From the IMG/VR virus record IMGVR_UViG_3300042934_000426, positions 40,951 through 104,950 of that record: a stretch of 64,000 nucleotides of DNA; one strand, given 5' to 3'. Positions 58,798 to 64,000 of the stretch are shown here, one piece after another (position 1 is the stretch's first letter; each line of letters opens with the position of its first letter). The position numbers were made by a program, and so were the translations under genes. The notes below the pieces were generated by a model. The model was not told the DNA's origin. It made no database searches and worked only from the letters and a program-made list of their open reading frames with translations. This DNA comes from a virus.

Positions 58798-60215
58798 CGT
58801 GTAAACCCCCTCATGAACGCCTGAACGTCCCCTAGTGACTTTTCTAGAGCGTCCCTGTCGTCAATCGCTCCTACGTATAAGTGTAAGCCTTCGTCGTCGA
58901 TATGGTGATGGAGTAGGGTGTGACCTACATTTGACTTCCGAAGTGCTTTAATCGCTTTTAAAAGTAACGCCTTTAACAGGTCTAGCTTGCCTTGTTCGTT
59001 GTAATCAATACCCTTACCGTGGTCTTTCACCTGTATAATGCTAGGGTCATAGACACCTATTTGCCAGCCTTCTTCCTTGAATTCGTCGAGCTTATCGACG
59101 ACGGCTTTGTACCCATTCTTCTTGGCGAATATTTCGTAAGGAGATACCTTCATAGGCTTCACGTCACGTCCCCATAGCTTCTTTAGTTCTTCTGCTTGTT
59201 CGTTGAAGGTGCTATAGTTTTGCTCAGGTGACCAACTACTTGTGTCGATACCTTTCAAATGCTTTAGAACGAAGCCCATCATCTTTTCCATTGTGCCTTC
59301 GTTGTAGTGGTCATTAAAGTCCTCAAGGATATCTTGTAGTTCCTTTGGTCGCCCGTTTGTGCAATCCAAAAGGTGCTTCTTCGGTACAAGTGCCTTTACG
59401 ACCGCTGGGGCTTTCTTTTCGGTGAAGAAATCCACAATTTCCTTCGTGTCATTTCCTTTGCTCCGTCCGTCCGTGTACTTACTTGGTACAGGTAGTCCCT
59501 TTGCTTGTCGGTCAGCTATCCACTTTTGACGGTCGTCGTGGTCTTTGTGGTCGAAGGCTGGACTTTTGAAATAGGCACAGTTTCCGAAGTCATCCCATGA
59601 CCCCTGTAGTTTATGGATATAGTCGAAACCGTTCGCTAAGATATTGTCCAGTCGGGCTAGCTTCGTGCCGTGGAACATTTCGACGGTTTCTTCGGAAGTT
59701 TGCTCTTCCTTTGGCTTTGCTGGTTTGGCTTGCCTTTTTAGTTTTGTATCAATAACTAGCTTCGGTTCTTTCTTCGAAGGTGCTTTTGCTCCTGTCTCCG
59801 TTGCTTTCGGTTTGGCGGTGGTGCTAGGTTTACTTCCACTAGCGGGTTTAGGTTTTGGGCTACTTGATACCCCTGAAACAGTCTTTTTAGGCTTTTTAGA
59901 AATCTCACTCTTTTCAGCTCCTTTGGTTTTCGAAGCTGGTGTTTTCGCTTTGGTGTTTTTCTTCGCTTCTTTATCGATGTGTGCCTGGTGTGCTTTTAGG
60001 TGTTCCTTCGTCGCCTTCTTAGGCTTCGTCACCCCAGGAATACTACCCGCTAACACTTTGCCGTCCTTTATGTAGACGTGGTGACCTTTAATCGTACGCC
60101 ACTCGCCCCCGTCGGGTAGGTCTTTATGGACGCTTTTGGCTTGGCTTCGGGTAATAGATTTGAATAAATCCAGGTCGTCATTGACTACCTGGATTCCGTG
60201 TAGGTTTACTAGCAT
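58794..60215 (-). CDS. Polyvalent protein with an ADP-ribosyltransferase-like (PARP/HYx-type) domain
   Basis: MFHGT...NILANGF...FGNCAYF; N-terminal module shared with the downstream gene. Confidence 0.7.
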   Translation of the reverse strand: MLVNLHGIQVVNDDLDLFKSITRSQAKSVHKDLPDGGEWRTIKGHHVYIKDGKVLAGSIPGVTKPKKATKEHLKAHQAHIDKEAKKNTKAKTPASKTKGAEKSEISKKPKKTVSGVSSSPKPKPASGSKPSTTAKPKATETGAKAPSKKEPKLVIDTKLKRQAKPAKPKEEQTSEETVEMFHGTKLARLDNILANGFDYIHKLQGSWDDFGNCAYFKSPAFDHKDHDDRQKWIADRQAKGLPVPSKYTDGRSKGNDTKEIVDFFTEKKAPAVVKALVPKKHLLDCTNGRPKELQDILEDFNDHYNEGTMEKMMGFVLKHLKGIDTSSWSPEQNYSTFNEQAEELKKLWGRDVKPMKVSPYEIFAKKNGYKAVVDKLDEFKEEGWQIGVYDPSIIQVKDHGKGIDYNEQGKLDLLKALLLKAIKALRKSNVGHTLLHHHIDDEGLHLYVGAIDDRDALEKSLGDVQAFMRGFTR

Positions 60216-60244
60216 GGTTGAACCCCCTTATGCTTCGGAAGGCT

Positions 60245-60505
60245 CTAGCCCTTCCATCGTTCTACCTGTCTGTTAACTAATTTTCTAGGTGGCTCGGATT
60301 CGGTAAAGTAGGCGTTGTAAATGGTTCTGCCTACTCGGACTTTCATTTCCATGATGTGCCCCTTCTTTACCAGCACCTTCAGTTGTTTACGGGTCGCAAT
60401 TCCCGCTTCGGTTAGGCTTTTCGCTAATACAGGATAGCCCGTATCTCTCACTAGCACGTTGACTGAATTTCGGACATAGTTAACATAGTTTTCTTGTAAT
60501 TTCAT
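60245..60505 (-). CDS. Hypothetical protein, possibly wHTH
   Basis: 86 aa; AGGAGCTGG SD. Confidence 0.6.
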   Translation of the reverse strand: MKLQENYVNYVRNSVNVLVRDTGYPVLAKSLTEAGIATRKQLKVLVKKGHIMEMKVRVGRTIYNAYFTESEPPRKLVNRQVERWKG

Positions 60506-60750
60506 GGTCTTACCAGCTCCTTTTTATGCTTAACTACCAGGCGAAGTCGTTGCAAATGGTCAAATGCGTTCAGTTCGTTGTACATGGTCGGTATGTAGTC
60601 GAACCAATTCCCGCCCTGGGCTTTTAGTTGCTCGTTAGCTTCGTCCCTCATAGCCGTTACTTCGTTTTCCCATTGATAGTCTTTCATACCGATAATTTGC
60701 TCTTCGGTGTACTCTCGTACAATTTCAATCCTGATTTTTTTGTCTTCCAC
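60502..60750 (-). CDS. Hypothetical protein
   Basis: 82 aa, GTG start; AGGAGCTGG SD. Confidence 0.6.
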   Translation of the reverse strand: MEDKKIRIEIVREYTEEQIIGMKDYQWENEVTAMRDEANEQLKAQGGNWFDYIPTMYNELNAFDHLQRLRLVVKHKKELVRP

Positions 60751-60772
60751 GTTCCCCAGCTCCTTCGTGAAT

Positions 60773-62083
60773 CTATTGGTCTATCATTTTACGAATCTTT
60801 TCTAGTTGGGCTTCGATATTCGGGTCAGGGGCTAGCCCACGCTTTGCCCGCTCTTCCGCTATCAGCTCTGCGGTTGTTTTCCTCTTAAATGTACCATCTT
60901 TATCCACATTGTAGAAGCGGGAAATTCGATGGGGTCTGCAACTACAGTTTGGATGGATAGGAAAACAGGCTCGCCAGGCTGTCGAAGGTCTGCCCATATT
61001 GGTTTTTCCCGCCCATACGTATTTCATATCGTTGTCGTAGCTCTCTTCGGAAGGCGGTACTTTTAGGACGATGAACTCTCTCCCTATTACTAGACTTCGG
61101 CAATGCTTACACGCATTGACTGACCCGATACCTGTAACCCGTTCGCCTTCTTCTAATCCCGATAGGTAGGCGTCATTGGTCGCCATAGCTAGTTCAGTCA
61201 TGGCAACCCTTCGCCAATCTCGGTTATGGTCACCGAAGCGGTCGAAGAGCTCTTGTGCTAGTTTTTGGGCTGTCCATCGTTCTTTCTTCGCTTGTATCAC
61301 TAGCTGGCGAACCCCCGCTATATGCTTTTCACTAATTTCGGTTAGTTTATCCCCAGCGTGGAGGCTGGCGTGTCTGACGGCTTCGGTTTCTTGTGCTGTA
61401 AGCGGGAGCACTTCGACTTTACGACCTTTGCGCTCTTCTTTTTGCTTTTCCCGAAGCGTTAAGACCACGCCTTCTTTCCTTGCTGGTTCGATAGACTGAG
61501 GCACACGGTCTAGGTAGCCTGATAGCACTTCGAAGTTTTCCCGCTCTGCCTGGTTGTGTATCTTTCCGATAAATCCAGCCCGAACCATGAATTCTTCGGC
61601 TTTCTTGGCATAGTCGGGAATATCCTTCCGAAGGAATTCATCAAGCTTTTTCACTTGTGCTTGGGTCATGGCTTTTCCGTCATTGACCCATTTCATAAAG
61701 CTCTCCCGCTTCTTACGCCCCGCTTGAATGAGGGCACTCATGTTATTACGTCCCGAATCGGTTGCCTTTAGAAGGTCGAAGCCTTCGAAGCTCTTTTCGC
61801 TCGTAAATGGGCTGTCTGTTTCGGCTAGTGGTAAGCCTAGTAATGCCATTACATGAGTGAATCGATTGAGCTCTTCTTCGGCTAGGTCGGTGAAGAGCTG
61901 GTCTTCTGCCCAGGATAGAAGCGGGTCGGGATTCTTTTCCCATAGCTTGCTTTCGCTTGACTTCACAGGGAGCCTTTTGGTCTTCGGAAGCTTCTCAGCT
62001 TCGAAGAGGACATTCAGGATTTCATTTCGGTCTTTATCGTCTAGGTCTAGTAGACCTGAAGGTAGGTTTAATACTCGTCCCAT
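60773..62083 (-). CDS. MuF / SPP1 gp7-like minor head protein
   Basis: RRVAMTELAMA.N...ACKHC..L.G..F...PIHPNCSC; directly after the portal. Confidence 0.8.
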   Translation of the reverse strand: MGRVLNLPSGLLDLDDKDRNEILNVLFEAEKLPKTKRLPVKSSESKLWEKNPDPLLSWAEDQLFTDLAEEELNRFTHVMALLGLPLAETDSPFTSEKSFEGFDLLKATDSGRNNMSALIQAGRKKRESFMKWVNDGKAMTQAQVKKLDEFLRKDIPDYAKKAEEFMVRAGFIGKIHNQAERENFEVLSGYLDRVPQSIEPARKEGVVLTLREKQKEERKGRKVEVLPLTAQETEAVRHASLHAGDKLTEISEKHIAGVRQLVIQAKKERWTAQKLAQELFDRFGDHNRDWRRVAMTELAMATNDAYLSGLEEGERVTGIGSVNACKHCRSLVIGREFIVLKVPPSEESYDNDMKYVWAGKTNMGRPSTAWRACFPIHPNCSCRPHRISRFYNVDKDGTFKRKTTAELIAEERAKRGLAPDPNIEAQLEKIRKMIDQ

Positions 62084-63885
62084 GTGACCTCAATCCCCTT
62101 GCTTCGGAAGTCGTCTTCAATGGACTTCTTAATCTTGTCCTTCTTTTCCTTTTGGGCTTTCTGCTCGGCTGTCATTTTGGCTAGTTTTTCCTGGTGTCCA
62201 TGGTCGAGCTTCTTCACTTCCAGGTTTTGCTTATGGGTGTTTACAAGTTTGTTGCGGTCGTGTAGCTGGTCGACGCCTTTTTGTTGCATAGCGTGTTCAT
62301 GCTGTTTATCCATGATTTCAAGCTGGCGTTTGTGCGCGTCTTCTTCGCCTTCTTTGCCTCTTTCGTGTTCCACGTCGCCCTGGGCTTGTGCTTGCTGTTG
62401 CTGGTTTTCTTGCTGTTCTGCATTTATATCAGCCATGAATACTTGAATGAGCTGGGCGTTGGCTGGTGCATTAGCCCACTTCGGAAGTTCCCCGCCATTC
62501 TCCTTCTTGATTTCTTCGATATCCACGTCGTTTTCTTTCCACAGCATAGCCACCGTTTTCACACCCGCTTCGAGCTGGGTTTTCTGACGTTCTAGCTTTT
62601 TGTCTTCGTCCTCTTCGTCTACCCCTATCCATTCGAAGACGTATTCGTCGTCAATCAGGTCGACGACTTCGCTGTTAAATGTATCTGATAGGAAGTTCAT
62701 GAGCGGGATAAAGCCTTTATCCTTTGACCCTTCCATTTTGGCTTCGGTGTTATCTGAAGCGCTCATAGAATTACTTGACGTCCAACTCTTGAATCCGACT
62801 TCGTTCGGGTCAATTTGGTAGACCGCACAGGCTATGTTGAAGAGGAATTCTAGGAATTCGTTGAATTCCATATCTCGGTTGCTGTTTTTGAATGGGGTAA
62901 ACTTAAACCCTTGCCCCTCTTCAAGTGCCATAACGGGTACTGCCCATTTGCCAGGTGCTCCCGTGGTTAGGCTCTTCCAATGACGCTTGAACCCTTCTAG
63001 GTGCTTATCCTGGTATTTCCCTACGACTTCTAACACCCCTTGTGGTAAGTGGCTATGGCTGAAGTAGCTCGTATTATAGCGTACCCCATTCATAATGCCT
63101 GTGACGATTTCAATCAGGGTTTCCAGCTCGCTCATTCCGAAGTCCACCATATCTAGGTCGGTGCGTGGGTTTCGAATCGCATAGGCTAATTCGTCTTCGG
63201 TGAATTCCGCTACCGTACGACCGTTGACTTTTTGGACGTAGGCGATATTGTCGCCTCCCGCTTTGACCCCGCCTTTGGTTTCAGGGATATACACAGGCAC
63301 TTCGTAGTCTAGTTCTCCTGTCGGGTTGTTTAGTACTAGCTCAATCGTTGAGCCGTCTACTGCCCACAATTCAGCGACTTCGTTTTTGACGCTGGCTACC
63401 TTCTCGAAGGCTAGTACGTCTAGTGTGAGGGAATCATAAACAGTCTTCCGAAGGAAGGTGTTAAAATTGTCCTTCCGAACTTTGTTCTTGACCGCTCCTG
63501 TTTTGAGGAAAAATTCTTCGATTTCCATAGCCCGCTTCTTTTGGGCGTCGGTCATTTTGGCTTCGCGGTCTTTTAATCGAATACGGAAGCCCATATCCCC
63601 GTCGAAGCGCGGTCTTCGAGCGTAACGTGCCACCTGGTTGAGGCGGGTGTTAATGATAGCGCTCACGGCTGGTACTGTTGCCATTCTTCGAAGGGTTGTG
63701 TAAGGAATAGCCGTCGGCTTCGAACGAACGCCCAGGAAGCCTCCCATGTTATTAAATGGGTCAATAATGGCACTCTTCGGCTCTTGTGCTTTTTGCATAT
63801 CGTCTTTCATGGCTTTATAAAGCGCTTCGGATTCCCCAGGAAGCGGGGCTCTGTTGGCGTTCCATATGTGTAAGATTTCGCTCAT
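62068..63885 (-). CDS. Portal protein
   Basis: AIINTR.NQV, DG.TI, RNPR.D, G.SE.E, F.H...P.G.L, DMEF..FL and IDP.E.G motifs of SPO1/Twort-like portals. Confidence 0.92.
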   Translation of the reverse strand: MSEILHIWNANRAPLPGESEALYKAMKDDMQKAQEPKSAIIDPFNNMGGFLGVRSKPTAIPYTTLRRMATVPAVSAIINTRLNQVARYARRPRFDGDMGFRIRLKDREAKMTDAQKKRAMEIEEFFLKTGAVKNKVRKDNFNTFLRKTVYDSLTLDVLAFEKVASVKNEVAELWAVDGSTIELVLNNPTGELDYEVPVYIPETKGGVKAGGDNIAYVQKVNGRTVAEFTEDELAYAIRNPRTDLDMVDFGMSELETLIEIVTGIMNGVRYNTSYFSHSHLPQGVLEVVGKYQDKHLEGFKRHWKSLTTGAPGKWAVPVMALEEGQGFKFTPFKNSNRDMEFNEFLEFLFNIACAVYQIDPNEVGFKSWTSSNSMSASDNTEAKMEGSKDKGFIPLMNFLSDTFNSEVVDLIDDEYVFEWIGVDEEDEDKKLERQKTQLEAGVKTVAMLWKENDVDIEEIKKENGGELPKWANAPANAQLIQVFMADINAEQQENQQQQAQAQGDVEHERGKEGEEDAHKRQLEIMDKQHEHAMQQKGVDQLHDRNKLVNTHKQNLEVKKLDHGHQEKLAKMTAEQKAQKEKKDKIKKSIEDDFRSKGIEVTWDEY

Positions 63886-63889
63886 GTTC

Positions 63890-64000
63890 TCACCCCTTTA
63901 TGAATGACATAATTTCACCGAAGCCTGTTAGCTTTGTAGCTTGCTTAATCGGTTGTAATTCTTCTGTGATTACAATAGTTGGCACGCTCATAACGTCGTA
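63890..64000 (-). CDS. Thioredoxin-like protein, 3' fragment
   Basis: Manual translation YDVMSVPTIVI...LTGF; cis-Pro SVPT motif; 5' end outside the window. Confidence 0.55.
   Translation of the reverse strand, partial: YDVMSVPTIVITEELQPIKQATKLTGFGEIMSFIKG

Noticed and set aside
798-62821. Numerous plus-strand ORFs in the six-frame track
   Set aside because: Almost all are antisense shadows of long minus-strand genes, with Phe/Ser/Leu-rich composition and no SD sites or recognisable motifs
1-64000. tRNA/rRNA genes, integrase or repressor lysogeny module
   Set aside because: No cloverleaf or rRNA-like sequence and no integrase motifs recognised by eye; tRNAscan-SE would be needed to exclude tRNAs formally

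Overview
A 64-kb segment of a lytic tailed phage (contractile-tail myovirus) of a Bacillota host, with essentially all genes on the minus strand. The host is inferred from sigmaA-type promoters, strong SD sites and an Amidase_3-SPOR endolysin. In transcription order (right to left) it carries: portal, a MuF-like head protein, three large lysine-rich multi-domain proteins, prohead protease-scaffold, major capsid, neck, sheath, tube, frameshifted tail chaperones, tape measure, baseplate, a repeat-rich tail fibre, a lysis cassette and HU. An early/replication region follows, with a SprT-like protease, SNF2 helicase, fused AEP primase-MCM helicase, family A DNA polymerase and an HNH-AP2 endonuclease. 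Main observations: (1) a probable virion-packaged polyprotein cargo system (ADP-ribosyltransferase-like, zincin/LPD, ParB-like, sigma70-like and SNF2 domains) punctuated by the same [hydrophobic]-x-K-[S/A] motif found in the capsid and scaffold; (2) a non-sigmaA promoter family ahead of early genes that the packaged sigma-like domain might read; (3) a genome-wide palindrome CTTCSGAAG, about 80 copies counted by eye; (4) two tandem structured RNAs closed by a shared helix; (5) two inverted ~190-bp origin- or recombination-like elements 30 kb apart; (6) restriction-site avoidance strong enough that Ala-Ala and Gly-Pro dipeptides appear absent from the proteome. All domain calls come from motif recognition by eye; no database search was run.
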